64,000 bases of DNA from Chromatiales bacterium (GCA_026982555.1 JALSGT010000036.1:13854-77853), one strand, 5' to 3'; shown: positions 38,117-48,883, counted from the stretch's first letter. The notes: generated from the sequence alone by a model not told the origin. Numbers and translations are program-made.

Positions 38117-39061
38117 ATGAACATACCAACCGTAATATCGGACCTGAGCTGGGAGCGCATTAAGGATCGCAGTTACCAGTATGCGTTATTGATGCGTTTG
38201 CACCGTCCCATTGGCACTTACCTGTTGCTGTGGCCGACCGCGTGGGCGTTGTGGATGGCGGGACAGGGCAACCCGGATACGGGAGTGACGCTGGTGTTTG
38301 TGCTGGGTGTGGTGCTGTTGCGTGCGGCGGGTTGTGTGATTAATGACTACGCCGACCGTGAATTTGACCCGCGTGTTGCGCGTACCAAAAGCCGCCCCAT
38401 TGCGGCGGGTAAAGTAACGCCCCGGGAAGCATTGATACTGTTTGTGGTGTTATGTCTGGTTGCTTTTATGCTGGTATTGACGACGAACGGGCTCACCATT
38501 GCTTTGTCGCTGGTCGGTGCAGTGCTGGTGGCAATTTATCCCTTTACGAAACGCCATACATATCTGCCGCAGGTGTTTTTGGGACTGGCTTTTGGCTGGG
38601 CTATTCCCATGACATTTGCAGCACAAACTGGCGAAGTACCACTGGTGGCGTGGTTGCTGCTTATTGCCACCGTATTATGGGCCACGGCGTATGACAGCAT
38701 GTATGCCATGGTGGATATCGAGGACGATTTGAAAATCGGAGTTAAATCCACGGCGATTTTATTTGGTGATGCTGACCGCATGATTATTGGCAGCATTCAG
38801 GTGATGTTGCTCCTTACTTTGTGGATCATCGGCAACAAGCTGGAACTGGGTGTATTTTATTTTCTGGGTCTGTTGGCAGCGACAGGATTGGGTGTGTATC
38901 AACAATGGCTGATTCGTGACCGCAGTCCTGAAGGTTGTTTCAAGGCTTTTCTCAATAATCATTGGTTTGGTGCTGTGATTTTTGCCGGACTGGTGTTGCA
39001 TTACTGGTTTGCGGAAGGATCTGCGGAGTCCATTGTCAGTGCCGTAAGTGGAGGTTTTTAA
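38117..39061 (+). CDS. ubiA: 4-hydroxybenzoate octaprenyltransferase
   Basis: About 314 aa from [10 protein letters not shown]. UbiA prenyltransferase Asp-rich motifs NDYADREFD and [13 protein letters not shown]. Confidence 0.9.
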   Translation: MNIPTVISDLSWERIKDRSYQYALLMRLHRPIGTYLLLWPTAWALWMAGQGNPDTGVTLVFVLGVVLLRAAGCVINDYADREFDPRVARTKSRPIAAGKVTPREALILFVVLCLVAFMLVLTTNGLTIALSLVGAVLVAIYPFTKRHTYLPQVFLGLAFGWAIPMTFAAQTGEVPLVAWLLLIATVLWATAYDSMYAMVDIEDDLKIGVKSTAILFGDADRMIIGSIQVMLLLTLWIIGNKLELGVFYFLGLLAATGLGVYQQWLIRDRSPEGCFKAFLNNHWFGAVIFAGLVLHYWFAEGSAESIVSAVSGGF

Positions 39062-39065
39062 ATAG

Positions 39066-40067
39066 ATGTGGATGTCGTGGTTGGCTGTGATTGCTGGTTT
39101 GGTTTTTTTGGTATGGAGTGCTGAACGTTTTGTGCTTGGTGCGGCAGGGCTGGCGCGTAACCTGGGTGTGTCGCCACTGATTATCGGCATGACTATCATG
39201 GGTTTTGGCACCTCGGCACCCGAAATGCTGGTTTCCGGTATGGCCGCCAGCAGTGGTAATCCCGGAATGGGGATCGGTAATGCACTGGGCTCCAACATCG
39301 CCAATATTGCGCTGGTTTTGGGGGTAACAGCACTGATTATGCCGCTAACAGTGGATTCCGGCATTTTGCGTCGCGAATTCCCAGTGCTGTTTGCAGCGAC
39401 CTTGCTGGCAGGTGCCTTGATGCTTGATGGTGAATTGGGTGTGCTCGATGGCGCTATCCTGCTGGGGTCTACGGCCTTGTTGATTTTCTGGATGATCTGG
39501 TTGGGCAAACGCTCACAATCTGTGCCTTCTGGTACCCCGGCAACAGCATCGCTGGCGGACCCGTTGACCGGTGAGTTTGAAAGAGAAGTCCCCACCAGTT
39601 TAAGTACCGGACAGGCGGTATTCTGGGCTGTTCTGGGCCTGGTGGCTTTGGTGCTGAGTTCCAGGCTGTTGGTGTGGGGTGCGGTGAATATTGCCCAGGA
39701 TCTGGGCGTGAGTGACTTAGTGATTGGTCTGACCATTATCGCCATCGGCACCAGCCTGCCAGAACTGGCTGCCTCGGTAATGAGCGCTCTCAAAGGTGAA
39801 GACGATATGGCCGTGGGTAATATCATTGGTTCTAATATGTTCAACTTGCTGGCGGTACTGGCTTTGCCGGGATTAATTGCCCCCAGCGTATTGGAGCCGG
39901 CAGTGTTGCAACGTGATTTTCCCGTCGTGCTAGGATTAACCTTCGTGTTATTCCTGATGGCCTATGGCTTCAGAGGGCCGGGCCGCATCAATCGTCTTGA
40001 AGGCGGCTTGTTGCTGGCCTGTTTTGTCGGTTACATGACGTGGCTGGGCATGACGGGCCTGGGCTGA
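39066..40067 (+). CDS. yrbG: Ca2+/Na+ antiporter family (CaCA) inner membrane protein
   Basis: 333 aa. Two alpha-repeat signatures GTSAPEM and GTSLPEL. Conserved position upstream of kdsD. Confidence 0.85.
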   Translation: MWMSWLAVIAGLVFLVWSAERFVLGAAGLARNLGVSPLIIGMTIMGFGTSAPEMLVSGMAASSGNPGMGIGNALGSNIANIALVLGVTALIMPLTVDSGILRREFPVLFAATLLAGALMLDGELGVLDGAILLGSTALLIFWMIWLGKRSQSVPSGTPATASLADPLTGEFEREVPTSLSTGQAVFWAVLGLVALVLSSRLLVWGAVNIAQDLGVSDLVIGLTIIAIGTSLPELAASVMSALKGEDDMAVGNIIGSNMFNLLAVLALPGLIAPSVLEPAVLQRDFPVVLGLTFVLFLMAYGFRGPGRINRLEGGLLLACFVGYMTWLGMTGLG

Positions 40068-40104
40068 TAAATTTAGCACCCAGGTTAAACAGAATAATCA
40101 AAAA

Positions 40105-41082
40105 ATGATGAGTCCCGTTAAACTTGAACAAATGGCCCTTGCGGTCATCGATATTGAAGCCAAAGCGATAGCTGACCTCGCCGGTCGCATTGGCCCTGAT
40201 TTTGTGCATGCATGCCGTTTCATGTACGACTGCGAAGGCCGTATTGTGGTGCTGGGTATGGGTAAGTCAGGCCATATTGGTGAAAAAATTGCTGCTACGC
40301 TGGCCAGCACCGGCAGCCCCGCTTTTTTTGTACACCCGGGTGAAGCCAGTCACGGCGATATGGGCATGATCACTAGCAATGATGTGGTGCTGGCGTTGTC
40401 CAACTCTGGCGAAACCACTGAAATCCTCACCATTCTGCCGCTGATCAAACGCCTGGGAGCCCCGCTCATCGCGCTTACCGGCAAGATTGATTCCACTCTG
40501 GCTGAGGCCGCCGATGCCCATCTTGATGTCAGCGTGGAAAAAGAAGCGTGCCCATTGGGACTGGCTCCCACCTCCAGTACCACAGCGGCACTGGTGATGG
40601 GCGATGCGCTGGCGGTATCACTGCTGGAACAGCGTGGGTTTACTGCGGATGATTTTGCCTTGTCGCATCCCGGCGGTTCACTGGGGCGACGTTTATTGCT
40701 GCATGTGGAAGATATTATGCACGGCAACGATAGCATTCCCTGTGTGAGCAATACCGCCAGCCTTAGTGAAGCATTGCTGGAAATGACGCAAAAAGGTTTG
40801 GGGATGACCGGTATTGTTGATGCGGGTGGCAGGCTGGCAGGTATTTTTACCGACGGTGATCTGCGCCGGGTGCTGGATCATGGCGAAGTTAATGTTCATC
40901 AAACCGGCATTGCCGAGGTGATGACGCGCAATTGCAAAACGGTGCGACCCCGGCAGTTGGCGGTGGAAACACTGAGCTTGATGGAGCAGTACAAAATTAA
41001 TTCACTAATGGTCGTGGATGAACAGCAGCGACCCGTTGGCGCGCTGAATATGCATGACTTGCTGCGTGCGGGAGTGGTTTGA
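40105..41082 (+). CDS. kdsD: Arabinose-5-phosphate isomerase (SIS plus tandem CBS)
   Basis: 325 aa. SIS motif VLGMGKSGHIG; C-terminal CBS pair. Confidence 0.92.
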   Translation: MMSPVKLEQMALAVIDIEAKAIADLAGRIGPDFVHACRFMYDCEGRIVVLGMGKSGHIGEKIAATLASTGSPAFFVHPGEASHGDMGMITSNDVVLALSNSGETTEILTILPLIKRLGAPLIALTGKIDSTLAEAADAHLDVSVEKEACPLGLAPTSSTTAALVMGDALAVSLLEQRGFTADDFALSHPGGSLGRRLLLHVEDIMHGNDSIPCVSNTASLSEALLEMTQKGLGMTGIVDAGGRLAGIFTDGDLRRVLDHGEVNVHQTGIAEVMTRNCKTVRPRQLAVETLSLMEQYKINSLMVVDEQQRPVGALNMHDLLRAGVV

Positions 41083-41126
41083 TAAAACCCTCCTCTGAAA
41101 AGCCAGGAACCAAACCCAGGAATTAT

Positions 41127-41651
41127 ATGAAAGATATTCTCGCCCGCGCGGCCCAAATCAAACTGCTGATCTTTGACGTAGACGGCGTGCTGACCGATGG
41201 TCGGTTGATTTTCGGTGATGATGGACAGGAATACAAAGCCTTTCACTCCCGTGATGGTCACGGTATGAAAATGCTGCAAAACAGTGGTGTGGCGGTGGGC
41301 ATCATCACCGGTCGCACATCAAAAGTGGTGGAACACCGCATGGCCAACCTTGGCATCAAGCATGTTTATCAGGGCAAGCTGGAAAAACTGCCCGCCTTCG
41401 AAGAACTTATTGCCAAGCTGGGGCTCGACGCAGAGCAGGTGGCGTACATGGGTGATGATGTGGTGGATTTACCGATTATGCTGCGTGTGGGGTTAGCCGC
41501 AGCCACTAACGATGCCCATGCCCTGGTAAGCAAGCACGCGCATTGGCAAGCCCCTCACAATGGCGGACAGGGGGCTGCGCGTGATCTCTGCGAGCTGATT
41601 ATGGAGGCGCAGGGAACACTGGATGCCGCCATGCAGTATTATTTGCAGTAG
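41127..41651 (+). CDS. kdsC: 3-deoxy-D-manno-octulosonate 8-phosphate phosphatase
   Basis: About 174 aa from MKDILARAAQIKLLIFDVDGVLTDGRL, with HAD motif I (DVDGV). Confidence 0.9.
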   Translation: MKDILARAAQIKLLIFDVDGVLTDGRLIFGDDGQEYKAFHSRDGHGMKMLQNSGVAVGIITGRTSKVVEHRMANLGIKHVYQGKLEKLPAFEELIAKLGLDAEQVAYMGDDVVDLPIMLRVGLAAATNDAHALVSKHAHWQAPHNGGQGAARDLCELIMEAQGTLDAAMQYYLQ

Positions 41652-41710
41652 GTTGTTTGCCGGATCAAATATTGCCGGATTCCTGCAGGCGCTTGTACTC
41701 GACACAGGCT

Positions 41711-41917
41711 TTTAACCTAAAATCCGCCGTTGAACGGCCTGTGGCGTGCGTTGAATTTTGTGGCTGGCGAGGCGCAACGCGGCCAGACGCAAAAAGGCAA
41801 CGTGCTATACAGGTCGTAGCGACTCAACAAGCGAATGCACCAAAACCACTAAATAGACTATTTGCAAAATGTTAATACATCCTCGAAGCGGTCAACGGCG
41901 GAATTCAGGTTTAATCC
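41711..41917. mobile_element. MITE-like non-autonomous element, most complete copy (~207 bp) with terminal inverted repeats
   Basis: Left end tttaacctaaaatccgccgttgaacggcc. Right end ggtcaacggcggaattcaggtttaatcc, which is the reverse complement of the left end. Both ends flanked by TTAA. Internal sequence shared with 21328-21462 and 54995-55138. No coding capacity. Confidence 0.7.
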
Positions 41918-42041
41918 GTACAGCGGTATGAAAATTTTCGGCAATCACAAGCAGGATTACGCTCAGCGTTGTCGATTGCCCTACAAGTCAATATCGTTCA
42001 CTGCGCAAGCACAATCACTTGCAGAATCCAGGTATTGAACG

Positions 42042-42611
42042 TTGTTTCAGCGTTTGTGGAAATCCTTCGCCCCCCTGCTGGTTGTGCTTGTCGCCGGGCT
42101 CAGTGTGTGGCTGTTTCAAAAGCAGCCGGACAAGGGCGCAGTAGTGACACCTCAAACTCAGGATGTGCCGGACTCGTTCATGGAAAATTTCACCACACAG
42201 GTTTTAGACGAACAGGGGCGGCCGCAATATCAACTCCGGGCCATACATATGGCACACTACGCCGATGATGATCGCAGCGAGTTTACTCAACCACAATTTA
42301 CCGCTTTCCAGCCTGATGGCCAGCGCTGGACGGCAGCGGCGGAAACCGGTCGCGCAGAAAATGGCAACGAACAGATTTTTCTGGATGGCTCAGTGACCAT
42401 CCAACGCTACCCTGATGAGGCGGCGTCGGCCAATTTACAGATTCGTACCCGCGATGTGCGCGTGCGGCCTGCGGATGATTATGCAGAAACGGATCAGGCA
42501 GCCACCATCGTGCAAAATGAAGACACCTTGAAAGCAGTGGGTCTGCAAGTGTATTTCCGCAAGGGGCAGGTACAGCTATTGTCGCAGGTACGGGGGGTTT
42601 ATGCGCCTTAA
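42042..42611 (+). CDS. lptC: LPS export ABC transporter periplasmic anchor LptC
   Basis: 189 aa with N-terminal TM anchor (LLVVLVAGLSVWLF). Located between kdsC and lptA. Probably a TTG start. Confidence 0.8.
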   Translation: MFQRLWKSFAPLLVVLVAGLSVWLFQKQPDKGAVVTPQTQDVPDSFMENFTTQVLDEQGRPQYQLRAIHMAHYADDDRSEFTQPQFTAFQPDGQRWTAAAETGRAENGNEQIFLDGSVTIQRYPDEAASANLQIRTRDVRVRPADDYAETDQAATIVQNEDTLKAVGLQVYFRKGQVQLLSQVRGVYAP

Positions 42612-43119
42612 ACTCCTGTTGCTGCTGATAAGCTGTGTGTTCAGCACACTGGTATTAGCCGGTAACGATGACAGCCAACAGCCTGTTCATATTGAGGCTG
42701 ATCGGGCAGAGATTGACGAAGCACTGGGAGTAATGACTTACACCGGCCATGTGATAGTACGCCAGGGCGGCATTGAGATGCGTGCCGATAAAGTGGTGGT
42801 GTATAGCAAAGAGGGAGAATTGCAGCGTATTACCGCACAGGGTCAGCCAGCACATTATTTGCAAGAACGGGCGGACGGAAAAATCGTGAAAGGCAGCAGT
42901 CAGCGCATGGAATACAATGCGAACAGCAAACAGGTGTTACTGCTGGACAAAGCACAGTTCTGGCAGGGCGGCAATCGTTTTAGCGGTAATCGCATTCAAT
43001 ATGACCCCGATGCTGAGCGAGTACTGGCCAATGCAGGTGCGGCCAGCAAGACAGGTGAGCAGCAAAGGGTGACTGTTACCTTGCAGCCGCGCCCTAAAAA
43101 AACGGATTCCCAGCCATGA
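42601..43119 (+). CDS. lptA: LPS transport periplasmic protein LptA
   Basis: 172 aa. Signal peptide and OstA-like beta-jellyroll; overlaps lptC and lptB. Confidence 0.88.
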   Translation: MRLKLLLLLISCVFSTLVLAGNDDSQQPVHIEADRAEIDEALGVMTYTGHVIVRQGGIEMRADKVVVYSKEGELQRITAQGQPAHYLQERADGKIVKGSSQRMEYNANSKQVLLLDKAQFWQGGNRFSGNRIQYDPDAERVLANAGAASKTGEQQRVTVTLQPRPKKTDSQP

Positions 43120-43841
43120 GCGATTTGGTCGCCATCAACCTTGCCAAGCAATATCAATCACGGCAGGTGGTAAAAAAAGTCTCCGTCACCGTAGGCAGTG
43201 GCGAAGTGGTGGGCCTGCTGGGCCCCAACGGCGCAGGTAAAACCACCTGCTTTTACATGATCGTCGGTCTGGTGGCTTGTGATCATGGTCAGATTCTCCT
43301 CAATGATCATGATGTCACCCATTATCCGTTGCATGCACGGGCCCGTTTGGGCATCGGTTACCTGCCGCAAGAAGCCTCAGTGTTTCGCAAACTCAGTGTT
43401 GCAGATAATTTATTGGCCATATTGCAGACCCGCGCCGAGCTGACGCGACAGCAGCAGCAATGCAAGCTGGACGAACTGCTGGGTGAGCTGCACATCAGTC
43501 ACATTCGTGATTCGCCGGGTATGAGTCTCTCGGGGGGGGAGCGCCGACGGGTGGAAATTGCCCGCGCATTGGCCACTGAGCCCAAGTTCATCTTGTTAGA
43601 CGAACCTTTTGCCGGTGTTGACCCCATTTCTGTGCTGGATATTCAGCGTATAATCAGCCACTTAACCGAGCGCAACATCGGCGTGCTGATTACTGACCAT
43701 AATGTAAGAGAAACCCTTGGGATTTGCCACCGTGCCTACATTATGAATGCTGGTGAAGTGATCGCTCAGGGTGTTCCGGAGGACGTGCTTAAAGATTCTC
43801 ACGTCAGGGACGTTTATCTGGGACAGGACTTTAAACTTTGA
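43116..43841 (+). CDS. lptB: LPS export ABC transporter ATP-binding protein LptB
   Basis: 241 aa. Walker [10 protein letters not shown], signature LSGGERRR, Walker B ILLDEP. Confidence 0.93.
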   Translation: MSDLVAINLAKQYQSRQVVKKVSVTVGSGEVVGLLGPNGAGKTTCFYMIVGLVACDHGQILLNDHDVTHYPLHARARLGIGYLPQEASVFRKLSVADNLLAILQTRAELTRQQQQCKLDELLGELHISHIRDSPGMSLSGGERRRVEIARALATEPKFILLDEPFAGVDPISVLDIQRIISHLTERNIGVLITDHNVRETLGICHRAYIMNAGEVIAQGVPEDVLKDSHVRDVYLGQDFKL

Positions 43842-43995
43842 TATATAACAACGTCTATTGAAGATATAAAAAATAAATACCTGCCAAGTCTTCAACATCC
43901 CGGGGTTTGGAGTAAACTGACAATAAATAACAGGCAAAAAGATCGTTCCCCTTTAGGAGAGGCGACTTTGTGACCAAGGCCCGACTCACATATCA

Positions 43996-45528
43996 ATGAA
44001 GCAAACCTTACAGCTTAAACTGGGTCAGCACCTGACCATGACTCCCCAGTTGCAACAGGCTATCCGCTTGTTACAGCTCTCTACGCTGGAGCTGCAAACG
44101 GAGATTCAGGAAGCACTTGAATCCAATCCGATGCTTGAGATTACAGAGGAGGCCGCTGCGGAACGCCGTGAAAGCGACAGTGGTGAGCGAAGTGATGGCG
44201 AAACGGGTATGGCCACTGATAACAGTGGCGGTGAAAGCCGTAGTGAAAGCCAGGGTGAAGACAGTGAAAGCATTGATGTAGCTGACCGTGCTGTGGACAA
44301 ACAGGAACAGGAAATCCCCAACGATCTACCCACTGACAGTGAATGGGAAGACTCCTACAGCGATACCTACGTCGATTCCTACAGTGCTGTTTCGCGGAAC
44401 AATGACAGCGAGAACTTAAGTTACGAACAAGCGGATAGCCGCAGCGAAAGCCTGCAAGATCATTTATTATGGCAGTTGAATCTTTCCCCTTGCAGCGAGA
44501 CCGATCAGGCCATTGCCACAACCATTATTGACGCCATTGATGATGATGGTTACCTCAGTACATCGCTGGAAGAGCTGCATCAATCCCTGTCCGAAGGTAA
44601 CGATATTGAATTGGATGAAGTAGAAGCAGTATTACACCGCGTGCAGGATTTTGACCCGCCGGGTATTGCCGCCCGTGATCTGCGCGAATGTATGCTGATT
44701 CAACTGAAATATTACGATGCGGAAACGCCCTGGCTGGCTGAAGCAAAAGTGTTACTCAAAGAGCATTTTGATGCCCTGGCCAAACGTGAATATCCACTGA
44801 TTATGCGCCGCATGAAATTGACCGAAACACAAATGCAGCACGTCATTCAGCTGGTGCAAAGCCTCAATCCACGACCTGGCGGGCATATCACGGGCAGTCA
44901 GCCTGAATATATTATTCCCGATGTTTTTGTGAAAAAGATAAAAGGCCAGTGGCGCGTGGAGTTGAACCCGGACATTACGCCGAAAATCGGCATCAACAGC
45001 CTTTACGCAAAAATGGCACAACGTAATAACAGCAAAGACGCCACTTTTTTGAAAAATAATTTACAGGAGGCACGCTGGTTTATTAAAAGCCTGCGCAGCC
45101 GTAACGAAACATTATTGAAAGTAGCAACAACCATTGTTGAGCGTCAACGCGGCTTTTTTGATCATGGCGAAGAAGCCATGAAACCTATGGTGATGCATGA
45201 TATTGCAGAAATTGTTGAAATGCATGAATCAACCATTTCCCGGGTGACTACAAAAAAATATATGCACACCCCCCGGGGTATATTTGAACTGAAGTTTTTC
45301 TTTTCGAGTCATGTGGGAACGGCGGCGGGCGGTGAATGTTCAGCCACCGCCATTCGCGCAATTTTGAAAAAATTGATTGCCGCTGAAAAGCCAGGCAAAC
45401 CATTGAGTGATAATAAGTTGGCAGGTTTGCTGGGTGATCAGGGTATCAATGTGGCACGTCGCACGGTGGCAAAATACCGTGAAGCAATGTCCATCGCACC
45501 ATCCAATGAACGTAAACGGCTTGTTTAA
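43996..45528 (+). CDS. rpoN: RNA polymerase sigma-54 factor
   Basis: 510 aa. N-terminal Gln/Leu-rich region I, acidic region II, C-terminal RpoN box ARRTVAKYRE. Confidence 0.95.
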   Translation: MKQTLQLKLGQHLTMTPQLQQAIRLLQLSTLELQTEIQEALESNPMLEITEEAAAERRESDSGERSDGETGMATDNSGGESRSESQGEDSESIDVADRAVDKQEQEIPNDLPTDSEWEDSYSDTYVDSYSAVSRNNDSENLSYEQADSRSESLQDHLLWQLNLSPCSETDQAIATTIIDAIDDDGYLSTSLEELHQSLSEGNDIELDEVEAVLHRVQDFDPPGIAARDLRECMLIQLKYYDAETPWLAEAKVLLKEHFDALAKREYPLIMRRMKLTETQMQHVIQLVQSLNPRPGGHITGSQPEYIIPDVFVKKIKGQWRVELNPDITPKIGINSLYAKMAQRNNSKDATFLKNNLQEARWFIKSLRSRNETLLKVATTIVERQRGFFDHGEEAMKPMVMHDIAEIVEMHESTISRVTTKKYMHTPRGIFELKFFFSSHVGTAAGGECSATAIRAILKKLIAAEKPGKPLSDNKLAGLLGDQGINVARRTVAKYREAMSIAPSNERKRLV

Positions 45529-45590
45529 CCGCCATAGCTAACAAAAAATAGCCGCCGAATGGACGTTGGATACAACTAAAGGAGTTAATT

Positions 45591-45935
45591 ATGCAAGTTA
45601 ATGTTACCGGTCAACATCTTGAAATTACCGATTCGCTTCGTGACTATATTACTACCAAACTGGCCAAACTGGAGCGACATATCGATACGGTGACCAATGT
45701 TCATGCTATTCTCAGCGTGGAGAAGCAGCGTCAAAAAGCGGAGGCTACGATTCATATTAACGGCGCCAATCTTTTTGCGGCCGCTGAAGATGAAAATATG
45801 TACACAGCCATCGATGCATTAATCGACAAGCTTGATCGTCAAGTGAAAAAACACAAAGAAAAACGCTCTAATCACCATCGCGGCAGCAGTTCTGCGTTGC
45901 AGGCTTCATTGCAGGAAGAGGCTTCGCAGGAATAA
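45591..45935 (+). CDS. hpf: Ribosome hibernation promoting factor
   Basis: 114 aa, sigma-54 modulation protein/HPF family, immediately after rpoN. Confidence 0.9.
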   Translation: MQVNVTGQHLEITDSLRDYITTKLAKLERHIDTVTNVHAILSVEKQRQKAEATIHINGANLFAAAEDENMYTAIDALIDKLDRQVKKHKEKRSNHHRGSSSALQASLQEEASQE

Positions 45936-46045
45936 TCCAGGAAACTGTGCAACAATGGCATTGTGTGTGGGAGCGAAAACTCCCGCGCACGCTATTAAAC
46001 CCATTACTTTTTAATCCTATTTTTATTTGTTATCACGATATCACT

Positions 46046-46510
46046 ATGCAACTTTCTGACATTATTACTCCCGAGCGTATTGCGACGCAGGTGCCTGTTG
46101 CCAGCAAAAAACGTGCGCTGGAAACACTTAGCGAGCTTTTTGTGACGCGCTCACCGGATACGCTGGATGCACACGATATCTTTAATAGCCTAATTGCCCG
46201 TGAACGCCTGGGCACCACAGCCATTGATCATGGTGTTGCCATACCGCACGGACGGCTCAAAAACAGCACAGAAACTATTGGCGCCTTTGTGCAATTGGCT
46301 GATGGTATTGACTGTGATGCCTTTGATCGTCAATCAGTTAATCTCATGTTTGCATTACTGGTGCCTGAAGACTCCACCGAAGAGCACCTGCAACTGTTGG
46401 CGCGTTTAGCCGAAATGTTCAGTGATAACGAATTACGTGAAAAATTGCGGGCAGCGGCTAACAGTCAGTCACTTTATGATTCCCTGATTGACTGGGATCG
46501 GAATCACTGA
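46046..46510 (+). CDS. ptsN: PTS-Ntr enzyme IIA (EIIA-Ntr)
   Basis: About 154 aa from MQLSDIITPERIA. Phosphorylatable His in GVAIPHGRL. Confidence 0.88.
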   Translation: MQLSDIITPERIATQVPVASKKRALETLSELFVTRSPDTLDAHDIFNSLIARERLGTTAIDHGVAIPHGRLKNSTETIGAFVQLADGIDCDAFDRQSVNLMFALLVPEDSTEEHLQLLARLAEMFSDNELREKLRAAANSQSLYDSLIDWDRNH

Positions 46511-46531
46511 TCTGTATCGAATAACTGGAAT

Positions 46532-47497
46532 TTGTACCCCCAGCCTATGAACGACACTGTTACCGTCAATCTTTTGTTTCAGCGTTATCAACAACGGCTG
46601 GGCTTGCAGTGGCTTGCCGGGCGCGGTGGCGAGCAGCGAACATTAAGATATAGCGCAGATACCTCAGGTCATTCGTTGATTGGCTATCTCAATGTCATTC
46701 ATCCCAATCGGTTACAACTACTGGGGCCGATAGAACTTGATTATATTAACAAGCTTGATGCTGTATCACGCCACCAGCTGATTGAACAATTATGCGCAGG
46801 TGAACCGGCAGCAGTCGTGATTGCTGAACAGCAATCCGCCCCGGATGATTTATGTGATTTTTGTGAAAAAACCGATACACCCTTATTGCTGTCCAGTCTT
46901 GGCAGTACAAAACTGATGAGCAGCCTGCGCCATTATCTCGATGATGAGCTGGCAGAAAAAACAGTAGTACACGGCGTATTTCTGGAGGTGCATGGTATGG
47001 GTGTATTGCTTACCGGGGAAAGCAGTGTTGGCAAGAGTGAACTGGCATTGGAGTTGATATCCCGTAATCATCGGCTGATTGCGGATGATGCCCCGGAGTT
47101 TTCACGAATGGGGCCCGATACCGTACGTGGCCGCTGCCCTGAAGTCTTACGGGATTTTATCGAGGTGCGCGGTCTGGGTATCCTGAATATCCGGGCCATG
47201 TACGGTGACAGTGCGATCAAATTTAACAAAGACCTGCGTTTGATTGTGCATCTGCAACGACTGGCTGCAGAAGACCTGCATAAAGTAGATCGCTTGAAAG
47301 GCAGTTATCGCAAACGCACGATTCTGGATATCGAAATTCCCGAAGCCACGCTGCCCGTTGCCTCCGGGCGCAACCTTGCCGTGTTGGTGGAAGCCGCAGT
47401 GCGAGATCATATTTTATTACGCAAAGGGTACAATGCCGCCGAAGCCTTCAGTCAGCGACAGCGCGAATTGATTCAGGCGAAAACGACTCCATCATAG
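46532..47497 (+). CDS. hprK: HPr kinase/phosphorylase
   Basis: 321 aa. P-loop GESSVGKSELALEL, C-terminal kinase domain. Confidence 0.85.
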   Translation: MYPQPMNDTVTVNLLFQRYQQRLGLQWLAGRGGEQRTLRYSADTSGHSLIGYLNVIHPNRLQLLGPIELDYINKLDAVSRHQLIEQLCAGEPAAVVIAEQQSAPDDLCDFCEKTDTPLLLSSLGSTKLMSSLRHYLDDELAEKTVVHGVFLEVHGMGVLLTGESSVGKSELALELISRNHRLIADDAPEFSRMGPDTVRGRCPEVLRDFIEVRGLGILNIRAMYGDSAIKFNKDLRLIVHLQRLAAEDLHKVDRLKGSYRKRTILDIEIPEATLPVASGRNLAVLVEAAVRDHILLRKGYNAAEAFSQRQRELIQAKTTPS

Positions 47498-47610
47498 GAT
47501 GGTATGACAAAATAACGTGGATATCTTGTTTGTCCATCCACATTATTTTGTCACACCTCCTTAACAAACAGACACTTAACACAATCTTAGATTAAAGCAC
47601 ATCACACATT

Positions 47611-48468
47611 ATGAAACTTGTTGTTATCAGCGGTGTCTCTGGCTCCGGAAAATCCACAGCACTGCATGTGCTGGAAGACCAAGGCTATTATTGCATCGAC
47701 AATTTACCGGTAGGTTTGTTGCCGGATTTTGCTGTAAAAATGAACGCCTTTCCCGGACAGCTGGGTGAGTTGGCCGCCGTGGGTATTGACGCCCGTAATC
47801 CACCGCTGGATCTCAGTCGTTTCCCGGAAATTCTCGATACACTGAAAGATGCGGGTGTGGATTGCGAAGTGATTTTTCTTGATGCTGCTGATGAAGTGTT
47901 ATTCAAACGGTTTAGTGAAACCCGCCGCAAGCACCCCTTGAGTGGAGAAGAAATTCCTTTGCAGGAAGCCATACATTATGAGCGACGCCTGCTGCAACCT
48001 GTTATTGATCGTGCTGATCTGTTTACCGATACCACCCGAAGTAATGTGCATCAGCTTCGTGACCTGATTCGTGACCGCATACGAGGTGAACAGCAAGTCG
48101 GGTTGTCAATTTTATTTGAGTCCTTTGGTTTTAAACATGGCATGGCAGTGGATGCCGATTTTGTTTTCGATGCGCGTTGCCTGCCCAACCCGCACTGGGA
48201 AAATAAATTACGCGCATTGACCGGTCGGGACCAGCCCGTTGCAGATTTTCTTGCAGGTCAGGAACTGGTGGAAGATTTTTTTATACAGATACAAAAGATG
48301 ATGACCAACTGGATTCCTTGTTTTGAAGCCGATAATCGCAGTTACTTGACCATTGCCATCGGCTGCACAGGTGGTCAACACCGTTCGGTATATTTAACCG
48401 AGCGTCTTGGCCGGTATTTTCAGCAACAACGCGATAACGTTATCATTCGTCATCGTGACTTACCTTGA
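47611..48468 (+). CDS. rapZ: RNase adapter protein RapZ (YhbJ)
   Basis: 285 aa. N-terminal P-loop ISGVSGSGKST; conserved C-terminal domain. Confidence 0.9.
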   Translation: MKLVVISGVSGSGKSTALHVLEDQGYYCIDNLPVGLLPDFAVKMNAFPGQLGELAAVGIDARNPPLDLSRFPEILDTLKDAGVDCEVIFLDAADEVLFKRFSETRRKHPLSGEEIPLQEAIHYERRLLQPVIDRADLFTDTTRSNVHQLRDLIRDRIRGEQQVGLSILFESFGFKHGMAVDADFVFDARCLPNPHWENKLRALTGRDQPVADFLAGQELVEDFFIQIQKMMTNWIPCFEADNRSYLTIAIGCTGGQHRSVYLTERLGRYFQQQRDNVIIRHRDLP

Positions 48469-48481
48469 CTGAGCGTCTGTC

Positions 48482-48883
48482 ATGACCATCGGTGTACTTT
48501 TGGTGAGCCACGAATCTCTTGGTTATACGATGCTGGATATCAGTGTCAAAACACTGAGCGTTTGCCCGCTGGCAACCCGCGTGCTGAGCGTGCCATTGGA
48601 TGACGATCTGGACACGCTGGCCAAACGTGCTGAAAAAATGGTTATTGAGCTGGATAGTGGTGACGGCGTATTAGTCCTCACGGACCTCTGTGGTGCAACA
48701 CCCTCGAATATTGCCTGTCAACTTGTTCGCCTCAACCATGTAATGGTTGTCGCTGGTCTCAACCTGTCCATGCTGATTCGAGTGCTCAACTATCCCGAGC
48801 TGTCACTTGTTGAAATGGCCGAACGCGCTGTGGATGGTGGGCGTCAAGGTGTTATGTTATTGCCTGATTGCAATGAAGCTTGA
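48482..48883 (+). CDS. PTS EIIA component, mannose/fructose family
   Basis: 133 aa. MTIGVLLVSHESLG places the His about 10 residues from the N-terminus, typical of the EIIA-Man fold. Confidence 0.8.
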   Translation: MTIGVLLVSHESLGYTMLDISVKTLSVCPLATRVLSVPLDDDLDTLAKRAEKMVIELDSGDGVLVLTDLCGATPSNIACQLVRLNHVMVVAGLNLSMLIRVLNYPELSLVEMAERAVDGGRQGVMLLPDCNEA

